Source: the human T2T-CHM13v2.0 reference genome, Homo sapiens. Taken from it: a stretch of 64,000 nucleotides of DNA. The translations under genes and the position numbers were made by a program. Below, piece by piece: positions 25,971-39,097 of this stretch. The notes beneath the pieces were generated by a model that saw only the letters and a program-made list of their open reading frames with translations, searched no databases and was not told the origin of the DNA. The DNA lies in assembly GCF_009914755.1 (NCBI RefSeq), contig NC_060932.1; one strand, given 5' to 3'. The stretch's first letter is position 1. Each line of letters starts with the position of its first letter.

Positions 25971-27232
25971 CAGTAGTCTGCTGTTGTTGAGTGGAAGGCT
26001 CTATAAATGTCAATTAGATTCATATAGTTGATGACATCATTTCAATTCTTCTGTGTTCTGACTGATTTTCTGTCTACTAGCTCTGTTACTGAAATAAGAG
26101 TGTTGAATTCTACGAGTATAATTGTGAATTGTCAATTACTCTTTTCAATTCTATAAGGTTTTGCTTTGCGTATTTTGAAGCTCTGTTGTTAGATTCATAC
26201 ACATTTAAAATTCTTATTTATCCTTGATGAGTTGATTCTTTTATCATTATATAATGTTCCTCTTTATCCCTGGTAATTTTGTTTGTTCTAAAGTCTACCT
26301 TATGTGATATAAATCTAGCCACTCCAGGTTCTTTTGATTACTTTGTATGGCATATCTTTCTCCATCTCTTTAGTTTTCATCTACCAATATTATGTTTGAA
26401 GTAACTTTCCTGAAGACAGCATATACTTGGCTCATATTTTTTAATCCATTCTGACAATCTCTGTCTTTAATTGGCATGTTTAGACTATTTGCATATAATG
26501 TTATTGTTGATATCTTTTGATATAGATGTTTCATTTATTCCTTGTTTTGTTTGTTCTGTTGGTTTTTTGTTGTTGTTTTTCCTCCTATTCTCTTTTCCTG
26601 CCTCCTTTAGGATTGTGCAAATTTTTTATTATTCCATTGTCATTCATCATATTTTAATAATTTGAATTTGTATTGATTTGCTTTTCAGTGGTTGCTCCAG
26701 GGATTACAATGCACACACTTAACTTTTTACCATCTACTTGGAATCAATATTTTACCACACAAAGTGAAATGCAGAAATTCTAGCCACCACCTAGATCCCT
26801 TTAGCCACCTTCCTTTTTCGTTATAGTTGTCTTTTACATTACATTTACACATTGAATATCTTATTAGATAATGTTATAATTTTTGCCTTCAACTGAAAAA
26901 CCTATGCTAAATAATTCAATGGTAGAATAGTCTACTATATTTACCCAGATAGTCATCATTTTCATCTCTTTTGTCATTTCTTATGTTTCAACTTTCTTCT
27001 GTTATTATTTCCTTTCTTTCTGAAGAATTCCCTTCAGCAATTCTTCAGAATAGATCTACTCAGTTTTTCTTCATCTAAAAATGTCTTTATTTCACTTGGA
27101 TTCCTGAAGAATAGTTTGCTTTCAAGATTTTTATTTTTCTTTGTCTTTAGGTTCAACAGCTTGATTATGAAGTGCCAGGGCATGAATTTCTTTGGATTTA
27201 CCATGTTTGGAGTTGATTTAATATTTAAATAA
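25971..27232 (-). mobile_element. Old L1M fragment (ORF1 end, inter-ORF and ORF2 start)
   Basis: Reverse L1 motifs. ORF-track peptide 27034-27246 (…VNPKKFMPWHFIIKLL…) resembles the L1 ORF1 C-terminal half. Confidence 0.8.
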
Positions 27233-27238
27233 CATTTT

Positions 27239-27417
27239 GGCCACATGTCATGTCTCGTACCTGTAATCCTAGCACTTTGGGAGGCTGAGGCGGGTGGTTT
27301 GCCTAAGCTCAGAAGTTCAAGACCAGTCTGGGCAACATGGTGAAACCCTGTCTCTATTAAAATACAAAAAATTAGCCATGCGTGGTGGTGTGCACCTGTA
27401 ATTCCAGCTACTTGGGA
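27239..27417 (+). mobile_element. AluS, 3'-truncated (left arm plus start of right arm)
   Basis: Alu homology ends abruptly at CAGCTACTTGGGA with no poly-A tail. Confidence 0.88.
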
Positions 27418-27711
27418 TTATTATTAAATAATAATACATTTCATAAGTAACAAATTTATTGTGTTAGATTAATAATAAATTTAATAAATAATTAATAAAT
27501 TTATTGTGTTAGATTATTCTTTTTAATTGATATCTCTTTTTGATGGATCAGGTAAAACAAATAATCCTTAGTTAATTGATATGAAATTACTAAAATTTAC
27601 TATTTCTTTCTCTAACTTTGCCAATGGCTTTTGCATTTTATGCATCTAAATACGTTTGTGGCCTTTTTTTAAGTAGTTTTTGATCACCTTTATTTTCAGT
27701 TCTCTAATTCT

Positions 27712-27985
27712 GACATAGTGGTTAAAGTGGTTAACCTTTTAGTCTCTGAAGTGTTGACAAAGTGAAGCAGAAGGCACAAGTCTACCATATTGTGTCTGTA
27801 TGAGCTTGGATAATTTAAATATCTTAGGCATGTTCTAGGCTTAGTTTCTTATCAGTAACATAAGAATTCATCACTACTTTACAGCATTATAGTGAGGACT
27901 AAATATGACAATACTTAGGACAATACTTCAGGATATTACCATGTACCTGAAACAGAGTAAGCACTCATTACAAAATAAGTGTGCA
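27712..27985 (+). mobile_element. MIR relic
   Basis: ATAGTGGTTAA...CTTAGTTTCTTATCAGTAAC...GTGAGGACTAAAT...GAGTAAGCACTCA. Confidence 0.6.
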
Positions 27986-29107
27986 TTGAGAGTTAGTTGG
28001 TTTCTTACCACTGTAATCATGATCATTACCATCATCTTCCTTGTCATCAAGGCAATAAAGAACACAAAGCCTTGTTTAAGAAGAACGTTGGAATGCTGTC
28101 ACATTACAACTATACCACTCATAAATGAAACTCAGCTTTTTGTCCTATTGTGAGACCGTCAAGGCTTGCCATTTCATTCATTATCTAAATCGACATTATC
28201 TGTAGAACTGTTTAGCTCTCTGATATCCAGATGTAATTGATGGTATTGAGTAATTATGTCACACATTTTTTGCTGATTTGCTCTCATAAGGCATTGAGCA
28301 TAGCCAAGTCCAAGTCAGTTGCTGCACGTCTTCAAAAGTGAGCTTTTTCTGTTTTCCACACCAGCATGTAAGCTGCTTAGAAGTGGCCAGTCCATCCTAA
28401 CAACAAGAAAAAATCTGAACTAACTGAAATATTAATACAATCAACTCTTCTAGTCTGAGAGTTAAAAACTCCAAGGGGACCCAGTCATAGGAGGACTCCC
28501 ACACTTTTGTGAGTTTTACTTCCAAGAGTTCTGCCAGGTCCTCAAGGTGAACATTAGAGAAAAATCCCCTCCTGCTTCTGGCTTGGAAATGGAGGCAGTG
28601 CTTGAGGGGCTGGAAGTAAACATTTTGAGATAGGCCAGAGCTTTCTGTTCTTAACAAGGTCTGCCCTCAGGTAAAACAATTTTACCACAGCCTAACCTGC
28701 TGGAGTTTCATCAGAGCCTAACCAACCTGGAGGAAGGGAAATACCCATCTCTAGCCCCCGCTAGCCATTTTGTTCTACCTGCTAGGTGGGGTGGGGGAAT
28801 ATTAGAAGCACTGGTGAAGTTCACAGTCCAGGAGCACAGGCTCACCAAAACAGAAGTAATTACACAACCAACACTCCCCCTCCCCCACACCAGATCACCA
28901 CACTAATAAGGATCTATAAACTGGAATTTATTTCACCGAGTACATTACATCCACATTTCAACAAAAAATTGCAAGTCATACTAAAAGGCAAAAAAAAAAA
29001 AAAAAGGTTTTAAGACACTGAACAAGCCAGTTCAAACGTGGCAGAAATGTCAGAACTATAGATGGGAAATGTATTACAACTATGATAACTATGATATGCT
29101 AAGGGCT

Positions 29108-29468
29108 TGATATGGTTTGGCTGTGTCCCCACCCCACATCTCATCTTGAACTATAGCACCCATAATTCCCACGTGTTGTGGGAGGGACCGTTGGGAGATA
29201 ATTACATCATGGGGGCAGTTTCCCCCATACTATCCTTGTGGTATTGAATAAGTCTCATAAGATCTGCTGGTTTTATAAAGGGTTTCCACTTTGACTTGAC
29301 TCTCTTTCTCTCTTGCCTGTCACTGTGTAAGATTTGCCTTTTGCCTCGACAATAATTGTGAGACCTCACCACCCACCTGGAACTGTGAGTCTATTAAATC
29401 TCTTTTTCTTCATAAATTATCCAGTCTCAAGTATGTCTTTATCAGCATTGTGAAAATGGACTAATACA
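29108..29468 (+). mobile_element. THE1C solo LTR inside L1MC1
   Basis: TGATATGG...CTAATACA; perfect TSD GGGCT (29103-29107 / 29469-29473). Confidence 0.93.
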
Positions 29469-29867
29469 GGGCTCTAATGAAAAAGTAAGACAACATACAA
29501 GAACAGACGGGTAATGTACGCAGAGATGAAAATTATAAGAATGAATTAAAAAGTATCACTAAGGACCAAAACACTGTAACAGAGACGAAGAATCCCTTCA
29601 ATAGGCTCATTCTAGACTAGACACAGCTGAGAAAAAAATCTAGAGCTCGAGGAGATAATAAAAGAAACTTCCAAAACTGCAAAGGAAAAAAAAAAGAACA
29701 GAATATCCAAGAACTGTGGGACAACTACAAAAATGGAAACATCCATGTAATGAAAATAACAATGAAGAAGACAGAAAGAAACAGAAGCAATATTTGGAGC
29801 AAAAATGACTGAGAATTTCCCCAAATCAATGTCAGATACCAAATCAAAAATACAAGATGCTCAGAGA

Positions 29868-29907
29868 ACACACACACACAAACACACACACATACACACA
29901 CACACAC
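29868..29907. repeat. Imperfect (CA)n
   Basis: Direct reading of the sequence. Confidence 0.9.
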
Positions 29908-30237
29908 TCCACCTGGACATATCATATTCAATATTCAGAAAATCAAAGACAAACAAAAAGTTTTGAAAGAAGCCAGGAGGGAAAAAAACACTTTATATAA
30001 AGAGGAGCAAAAATAAAAATTACACCCACCTGACCTCTCCTTAGAAACCATGCAAGCAAAAAGAGAGCAGAGTGAAATATTTAAAGTATTAAGAGAAAGA
30101 AACCCACCAACCTAGAATTCTGTACCCCAAAAAATTATCCTTCAAAAGACACAGACTTTCTCAGATGAACAAAAATTGAGAGAATTTGTTGACTGTACAC
30201 ACGCCTCACAAGAAATGTTAAAAGAGTTACTTTAGGA

Positions 30238-30566
30238 CAGCAGTCGCCAACCTTTCTGGCACCAGGGACTGGTTTCATGGAAGACAATTTTTTCACTGAC
30301 CAGGAATGATGAGGTGATGAAACTGTTCGACCTCAGATCATCAGGCATTCAGTTTTCACAAGGATTGCACAACCTAGATCCTTACATGCACACTTCACAA
30401 TAGGGTTTGTGCTTCTGTGAGAATCCGATGCTGTCACTGAACTGACAGGAGGTGGAGTTCAGGCGGTAATATTCGCTCATCCACCACTCACCTCCTGCTA
30501 TGCAGCCCAGTTCCTAACAAGCCACAGATTGATTCCAGTCCATGGCCTGAGAGTTGGAGACTCCTG
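30238..30566 (-). mobile_element. MER1B inside L1MC1
   Basis: CAGCAGTCGCCAACC...GGAGACTCCTG; 8-bp hAT-type TSD CTTTAGGA / CTTTAGAG. Confidence 0.9.
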
Positions 30567-30769
30567 CTTTAGAGAGAATAAAAATGACATAGGTCAAAAA
30601 CTCAGGACGAAATAAAGAAAGCATCGGACAAAAGGATTAAGTGAAGGTAAAAATAAAAAAAAATTGTGTTTCTCATTTTTAGTGTTCTAACAGATAACAG
30701 ATTGTTCAAAATAATAGCAACAATGTATTTGATGACATAAGACATTATATATGCTATATACTATATGAT

Positions 30770-30905
30770 ATATTATATATGCATATGTATATGTTTATGT
30801 ATGTTTGCATAGAAGTAGTATATAGTGAAATGAATGATTTGTTATATGTATAATATATATGCTTATGTATGTTTGCATAGAAATAGTGTATAGTGAAATG
30901 AATGA
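30770..30905. repeat. Two-copy ~68-bp tandem duplication
   Basis: TTATGTATGTTTGCATAGAA(G/A)TAGT(A/G)TATAGTGAAATGAATGA ends at 30837 and again at 30905. Confidence 0.85.
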
Positions 30906-31282
30906 CAGCAACGACACAAGGAAGGGAGGAAGAGATTGGAATTACTTTGTTATTATTCAATACTTGCATGACCCATGAAATGGGATAGCGTTATTTGAAA
31001 CTTGGATTAGTTGTAAATATATATAGCAAACTCTAGGACAACTGCTACAAAAAAGCATGAAAAAAGAAGTACAACAGATATGCTAAGAAAGGAGAGAAAA
31101 TGGAATCATATAAAATGCTAAATTAAAACTACAAAAGGCAGAAAAAGAGACGAAGACAAAAATAGTAAAAAAGAACAAGAGTAACAAAGAGAAAACAGTA
31201 ACAAATGTGGTTGATATTATTCCAACTATATTAGTAATCACTTTAAAAGTATACAGTGTAAATACACCAACTAAAAGACAGA

Positions 31283-31417
31283 ATTCAGGTATGGTGGTGC
31301 ATACCTGTAGTCCAAGATACTCAGGAGGCCAAGGAGGAAGGATCCCTGAGCTCAGGGTTTTAGTCCAGCCTAGGCAACATAGTGAGGCTATCACTAAAAG
31401 AAGGATATAAAAAAACA
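31283..31417 (+). mobile_element. FLAM-like Alu monomer inside L1MC1 ORF2
   Basis: GGTGGTGCATACCTGTAGTCC...CAGCCTAGGCAACATAGTGAG plus A-rich tail; AAAGACAGA on both flanks. Confidence 0.8.
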
Positions 31418-32906
31418 TTAAAGACAGAGATTGTCAGGGTCGATTAAAAATATAAGACCCAATTATATGTTGTTTATAGAATACTAAAGCAAAGCAGAAG
31501 TAGCTGTCTTAATTTCAGATAGAGCAAACTTCAGATCAAGGAAGATTATCAGAGATAAAGAGAAGAATTACATAGTGATAAAGAGGTCAGTACTCCAAGA
31601 GGAGATAGCCATCCTTAATGTGTATGAAGACAACATCACAGCATCAAAATCTGTAAGCAAAAGCTCATATAACTGCAAGGATGAACAGATGTATCCACTA
31701 TTGTAGTTGAACACTTTAAAAACTTTTTTATCATAAATGCACAGATCCAGCAGGCAGAAAAGCTGTAAGAATATAGTCAAACCCAACAGCATCATTAATC
31801 ACCTGGATATAATTAACATCTATAGATAACCTCATCTGATAAGATTAGATTACACATTCTTCTCAACATCACACGGAACATTCAAAATGACCATATTCTG
31901 GACCTTAAGACACAACTTAAAATTCAAAAAATAGAACTCATACAATGTCTGCTCTCTACCCACAAAAGGAATTATACTAGAAATCAATAACAAAAATATT
32001 TTGAGAAACTCCCAAAATGCTTGGAGATTAAACAATATACTCCAAATAACACAAAAGTCAAATATGAACCTTCAAAAGAAATTTTATAATATTTTGAACT
32101 AAATGAAAATAAAAATACAACTTGTGAAAAATTTTGGGATGCAGTAAAAGCAGTTATTAGAAACCAATTTATAGCACTGAATGCATGTATACAAAAGGGA
32201 AAACCTAAAATCATTCATCTAAGCTTCCACCTGAGGAAACAAGAAAAACAAGAACAAATACATCCAAATTAAACAGGAAAAAGAACAAAAACTGGACCAG
32301 AAATCAATGAAATTGAAAAGAGGAAATCAACAGAGAAAATCAACAAAACTAAAAGCTTGTTTTTGAAAACATCAACAAAATTAATAAGCATCTACTAAGA
32401 CTAAGAAAAAAAGGAGGACACAAATTATTAATATTGGAAATGAAAGAAGGGATATCACTCCAGATCTGATCAACTTTAAAAGGATAACAAGGAAACATTA
32501 TACAAAACTCTATGCCAACAAATGTGGCAACATAGATGAAATAGGTTACAATTACTTACAGACACAATCTATCTAAATTTACATAAAAAAGAACAATTTA
32601 AATTGGACTATATCTATTTAAAAATTTAATCAATAATGAATAACCTCCCAAAACAAAAAGGACCAGGCTGAGATGGGTTTGTTGGTGAATTCTACCAAAC
32701 ACCTAAAAAAGGAATTAGGCCAGTGATCTACAATTTCTTTCAGAAGATAGAAACAAAGAGAATACTTCCAAACTCATTCCATAAGGAGAGAATTACCCCG
32801 ATAGCAAAACAGGTGAAGGCATTAAAAGAAAAGAAAACTATAGACCAATATATCTCATAAACATAGATGTAGAAACCCTCAACAGAATATTCGCAAATTA
32901 AATTCA

Positions 32907-33222
<316 letters not shown>

Positions 33223-33531
33223 TTATATACTATGACAAAGTCATATTTATGCCAGTTATGCAAGGCTGGTTTAACATTCAAAAATCAATTAATACAATCC
33301 ACCATATCAACAAGCTTAAGAAGAAAAATCGCATGCTCTTATCAACAGATGCAGAGAAAACATTTAACTATTTCCAATACTCATTCATCATAAAAAGTGC
33401 TCAACAGAATAGAGGGAAGTTCTTTAACTAAATTAAGAACATCTACAAAAAGGTGTAGTTAAAACCATACTTAATAATGGGAAACTCAAAGCTTTCCTAA
33501 CATCAAGAATAAGGCAAGAATGGCTCCTCTC

Positions 33532-33841
<310 letters not shown>

Positions 33842-36800
33842 TCACTACTGGTTTTTTAACATCATATTAAAAATTCTTGCTAATACAAAATAAGAAAAAA
33901 AAAGCATACAGACTAAGAAGAAAGAAATAAAGTTGCCTTTATTTTCAGATATCATGATCATCCATGTAGAAAATCTCCCCAAATCAAAAAAAACTCCTGG
34001 AACTAACATGTGATTACAGAAAGTTAATATACAAAAGGCAATTACTTTCAATGCCTCTTACATTATCACTCAAAAATATGAAATATTTAGGTATAAATCT
34101 AATAAAATATGTACAAGATCTATATGAAAAAAAACCTATGAAACTCTTGAAAGAAATCAAAGAACTAGATAAATGGAAAAGTGTTGCATGTTCATGGAAA
34201 GGAAGATTCAGTATTATCAAGATTTTAGTTTTTTCCAAGTTGATCTACAGATTCAGTGCAATCTCAATAAAAATACCCTCAGGTTATTTTGTGAATATCA
34301 ACAAACTCTTTCCAAAGTTTATATGGAGAGGAAAAATCCCAGAATAGCCAATTCAATATTGAAGGATGAGAACAAAGTTAGAAACTCACACTAACCAACT
34401 TCAAGACTTACTACAAAGCTACAATAATTAATGTAGTATTGGTGAAAGAACAGACAAGTACATCAATGATACAGAATAGAAAGCCCACAGATAGATATAC
34501 ATTAGTACAGCTACCGATCCTTGGCAAATGAGCAAAGACAATAAATACAGTGAAGCAAATACAGCCTTTCCCACAAATGGTTCTGGAGCAATGGGACGCT
34601 CACATGGAAAAAAAAAGGATCTAGAAGCAGGCTTTAAATGCTTCATAAAAATTAGCTCAAAATAGATCATAGACCTAAATGTGAAATACAAAACTCTAAA
34701 ACTATTAAAGATAACATATGAGACGACCTAGAAGACCTTGGGTATAGTGATGACTTTTTAGATACAACACCAAATACATGATCGAGAAAAGAAATAATTG
34801 GCAGTCTGGACTTTAATAAAATTTAAAACTTCTGCTCCGTGAAAGACAATGTCATGACGTGAGAAGACATGCAACAGACTAGAAGAAATATTTGCAAAAG
34901 ACACATCTGATAAAAGACCATTATTCAAAATAAACAAAGATCTCTCAAAAATCAAGACTGAAGAAACAGAAAGCTTGATTTTAAAAACTGGCAAAAGATA
35001 TGATTTCACCAAAGAAGATATAAAGATAACAGGTAAGCACATAGTAAGACGCTTAAAATCACATATCACTAGGGAATTGCAAATTAAAACAACGAGAGGG
35101 AACACAGCAAGATGGTGGAATAGAAGGCTACATAATTCACCCCACTTCACCACCCAAAACACCAAATTTTAACAACTATCTGCACATAGAAATGTACCAC
35201 GGCATCACAAGAACCAAAAATCAGATGCAGGATCACAGTACCTAGTTTTAACTTGATATCACTGAAAGAGGCATTGAGAAGGGCAAGAGAGACCGACCCT
35301 CTCCGATCTCCCACCAGCAGCCATGTGGCTCAAAGAAAGACTATGTGCACTTTGGAGAGGGAGAGCACAGTGACTAGGGAGACTTTACATTGAATGCAGT
35401 GACACCCTGTCACAGAGGAGAATAAAGCCATGCTAGGCTCAGCCAGCACCTGTGCATGAAGACAGCTATTGACTAGCCCTAGCCAAAGGAGAATTGCCCA
35501 TTCCAATGATCAGAACTTGAGTTTCTCAGCAAGCCTTGTCACTGTGGGCTGAACTGCTTTGGGGTCCTGGGTAAACTTGAAAGGCAATCTAGGACACAAG
35601 GACTGCAATTCTTAGGCAACTCCTAGTGCTAGGCTCGGCTTAGAGCCAGTGGACCAAGGTGGCATGTGACCTAGGAAGACACCAGCTGGTGCAGCTAAGG
35701 GAACGCTTGTGCCATGACTTCCCCAACTCCAGACAGTGCATCTCACAGCAATGAAAGTGACCCCTCCCTTCTGCTTAATAAGAGGAGAGCAAAGAGTAAA
35801 GAGGACTTTGTCTTACATCTTGGATATCAGAGTAGAGTCATGAAGCCCCAATTCCAGACCCCAGGTCCCAGACAACATTTCTAGACACACCATTGGACAA
35901 AAGGAAACCTACTGCCTTGAAGAGAAGGACCCAGTCCTGGTAGGATTTATCTCCTGCTGACTTGGGCCTGAATAAGCAGCAGTGATACCCAGGGAGTACA
36001 CTGTGGGCCTTGGACTCTGAGAAGTGCAGGCTTCAGGAATGACTCTGCTGTGGTAGCTAGGATGAAAGACTCCTTCAGTTTGAGAAAAGCAGAAGGAAAA
36101 GTAAAAAGCACTTTGTCTTGCACCTTGGCTACCAGCTTGGCCACAGAGGGGTAGAACAACAGTCTGGCTCTTGGGGTCCCCAAGTCCAGGCCCAGGCACT
36201 TGGACAGCATTTCTGAACACGTCCTGGCCCAGAGGGGAGTCCACTGCCCTGAAGGGTGAGTCCTAGGCCTGGGAACATTAACGAAAAGCTGATAGAAGAG
36301 CCTTGGGTTTTGAGTGAATATTAGCAGTGGCCTGGGTGGAACTGCCCATGGACCAGTGGTGGTGGTGGCCACAGTGAGAGCTCCTCTGCCTGTGGAAAGC
36401 AGAGGAAAGAGCAAGAAGGACTTTGTATTGTGGGTTGAGTGTCAGCTTAGCCGCAGTGGAACAGAACATAAGATAAATAGCTAAGATTTAGTTAGTCTAA
36501 TCTCTGGCTCCCAGAAAACATTTACAGACATTCCCGGGCTTGGGGGAGTTCGCTGCCCTGAAGGGAAGGGCCTTGGGAAAAACCCAGTGCTGTGCTGTCT
36601 TCAGGTCTGACCAAGTGCAGCCCCAGTAGTGGTGACCACAGGGGTGCTTGCATCACCACATCCCCAGTTCCAGGTTACTCAACACAAAGAGGAACACTGT
36701 TCATTTGGGAGAAAGTAAGAGAAAAGAGCAAGAGCCTGTGCCTGGTAATCTAGAGAATTATCCCGGATCTTATCCAAGACTACCAAGGTGGTACCTTATG

Positions 36801-38190
36801 AGTCTGCAAAAACCACAGCAATATTGGGCTTGGGGCTCATGTTCCTTCAAATACCTGGAAAGCCTCCCCAAGAAGGACAGGCACAAACAAGCCTAGACTG
36901 TGAAGACTACAATAAATATCTAACTCTTCAATGCTCAAACACCGACAAATATCTACAAGCATCAACACCATCCAGGAAAACACGACCTCACTAAATGAAC
37001 TAAATAAGGTACCAGGAGCCAATCCTGGAGGAAGAGAGATATATGAGTTTTCAGAAAGATAATTCAAAAGTAGCTGTTTTAAGGACTCAAAGAAATCCAA
37101 GATAACACAACACAGAAGGAATTCAGAATTCTATCAGATAAATTTAACAAAATGGTTGAAATAATTAAAAAGGATCAAGAAGAAATTCTAGAGTTGAAAA
37201 ATACAATTGACATGCTGAAGAATGCTTCAGAGCCTATTAATAGCGGAATCGATCAAGCAGAAGAAAGTATTAGTGAGCTTGAAGACAGGCTATTAGAAAA
37301 TACACAGAGGAGACAAAAGACAAGACATCTATAAGATCTAGAAAATAGCTTCAAAAGAGCAAGTCTAAGAGTTATGGGCCAAAAGGAGGAGGTAGAGAAA
37401 AGAACAAGAGTACAAAGTTTATTCAAAGGGATAGTATCAGAGAACTTCCGAAACCAAGAGAAAGATATCCACATTGAAGTACAAGAAGGTTATGGAACAC
37501 CAAGCAGATTTAACCCCAAAAAGACTTCCTCTGGGCATTTAATAATCAAACTCCCAAAGTCAAGCATAAAGAAAGGATTCTAAAAGTGGCACAAGAGAAG
37601 AACAAATAATATGCAATGGAACTCCAATACATCTGGCAGCATACTTTTCAGTAGAAACCTTACAGGACAGGCAAGAGTGACGTGACATATTTAAAGTGCT
37701 AAAGGAAGAAAACTTTTACCCTAACATAGTATATCCAGTGAAAATATCCTTCAATTGTGAAGAATAAATAAATATTTTCCCCAATAAACAGAGACTTCAT
37801 CTATGCCAGACCTGTTCTACAAGAAATGCTAAAGGGAGTTCTTCAATCTGAAAGTAAAGGATGTTAATGAGCAGGAAGAAATGATCTGAAGGTACAAAAC
37901 TCACTGGTAATAATAAGCACACAGAAAAACGCAGAATGGTGTAACACTGTAATTGTGGTGTGTAAACTACTCTTGTCTTAAGTAGAAAGACTAAGTGATG
38001 AGCCAAACAAAAATGATAACTACAACTTTTCAGGACATTGATAGAAAATAAAACATAAAGAGAAACAATAAAAAGTTAAAAAGCAGGTGGACAAAGTTAA
38101 AGTGTGGAGTTTTTATGAGTTTACTTTTTGCATATATGTTTGTTTATGCAATCAGTGTTAAGTTGTTATCAGTTTAAAATAATGGGTTAT

Positions 38191-39097
38191 GAGGGGAGGA
38201 GCCAAGATGGCCAAATAGGAACAGCTCCTGTCTACAGCTCCCAGCCTGAGCAACGCAGAAGACGGTGATTTCTGCATTTCCATCTGAGGTACCGGGTTCA
38301 TCTCACTAGGGAGTGCCAGACAGTGGGCGCAGGTCAGTGGGTGCGCGCACCGTGCGCGAGCCGAAGCAGGGCAAGGCATTGCCTCACTTGGGAAGCGCAA
38401 GGGGTCAGGGAGTTCCCTTTCTGAGTCAAAGAAAGGGGTGACGGACGGCACCTGGAAAATCGGGTCACTCCCACCCGAATACTGCGCTTTTCCGATGGGC
38501 TTAAAAAACGGCGCACCACGAGAGTATATCCCGCACCTGGCTCGGAGGGTCCTACGGCCACGGAGTCTCGCTCATTGCTAGCACTGCAGTCTGAGATCAA
38601 ACTGCAAGGCGGCAGCGAGGCTGGGGGAGGGGCGCCCGCCATTGCCCAGGCTTGATTAGGTAAACAAAGCAGCCGGGAAGCTCCAACTGGGTGGAGCCCA
38701 CCACAGCTCAAGGAGGCCTGCCTGCCTCTGTAGGCTCCATCTCTGGGGGCAGGGCACAGACAAACAAAAAGACAGCAGTAACCTCTGCAGACTTAAATGT
38801 CCCTGTCTGACAGCTTTGAAGAGAGCAGTGGTTCTCCCAGCACGCAGCTGGAGATCTGAGAACGGGCAGACTGCCTCCTCAAGTGGGTTGCTGACCCCTG
38901 ACCCCCGAGCAGCCTAACTGGGAGGTACCCCCCAGCAGGGGCACACTGACACCTCACACTGCAGGGTATTCCAACAGACCTGCAGCTGAGGGTCCTGTCT
39001 GTTAGAAGGAAAACTAACAAACAGAAAGGACATCCACACCAAAAACCCATCTGTACATCACCATCATCAAAGACCAAAAGTACATAAAACCACAAAG
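38191..39097 (+). promoter_or_regulatory. L1 5'UTR internal sense and antisense promoter; YY1 site CAAGATGGCC at 38203-38212
   Basis: CpG-rich canonical L1HS/PA2 5'UTR sequence. Promoter function is established for the family but not shown for this copy. Confidence 0.8.
38334..38642 (-). CDS. ORF0: L1 antisense ORF0, open, 102 aa (C-terminally extended)
   Basis: Peptide MAGAPPPASLPPCSLISDC…RVGVTRFSRC lies within ORF-track entry 38334-38711; ATG at 38642-38640. Confidence 0.7.
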   Translation of the reverse strand: MAGAPPPASLPPCSLISDCSASNERDSVAVGPSEPGAGYTLVVRRFLSPSEKRSIRVGVTRFSRCRPSPLSLTQKGNSLTPCASQVRQCLALLRLAHGARTH

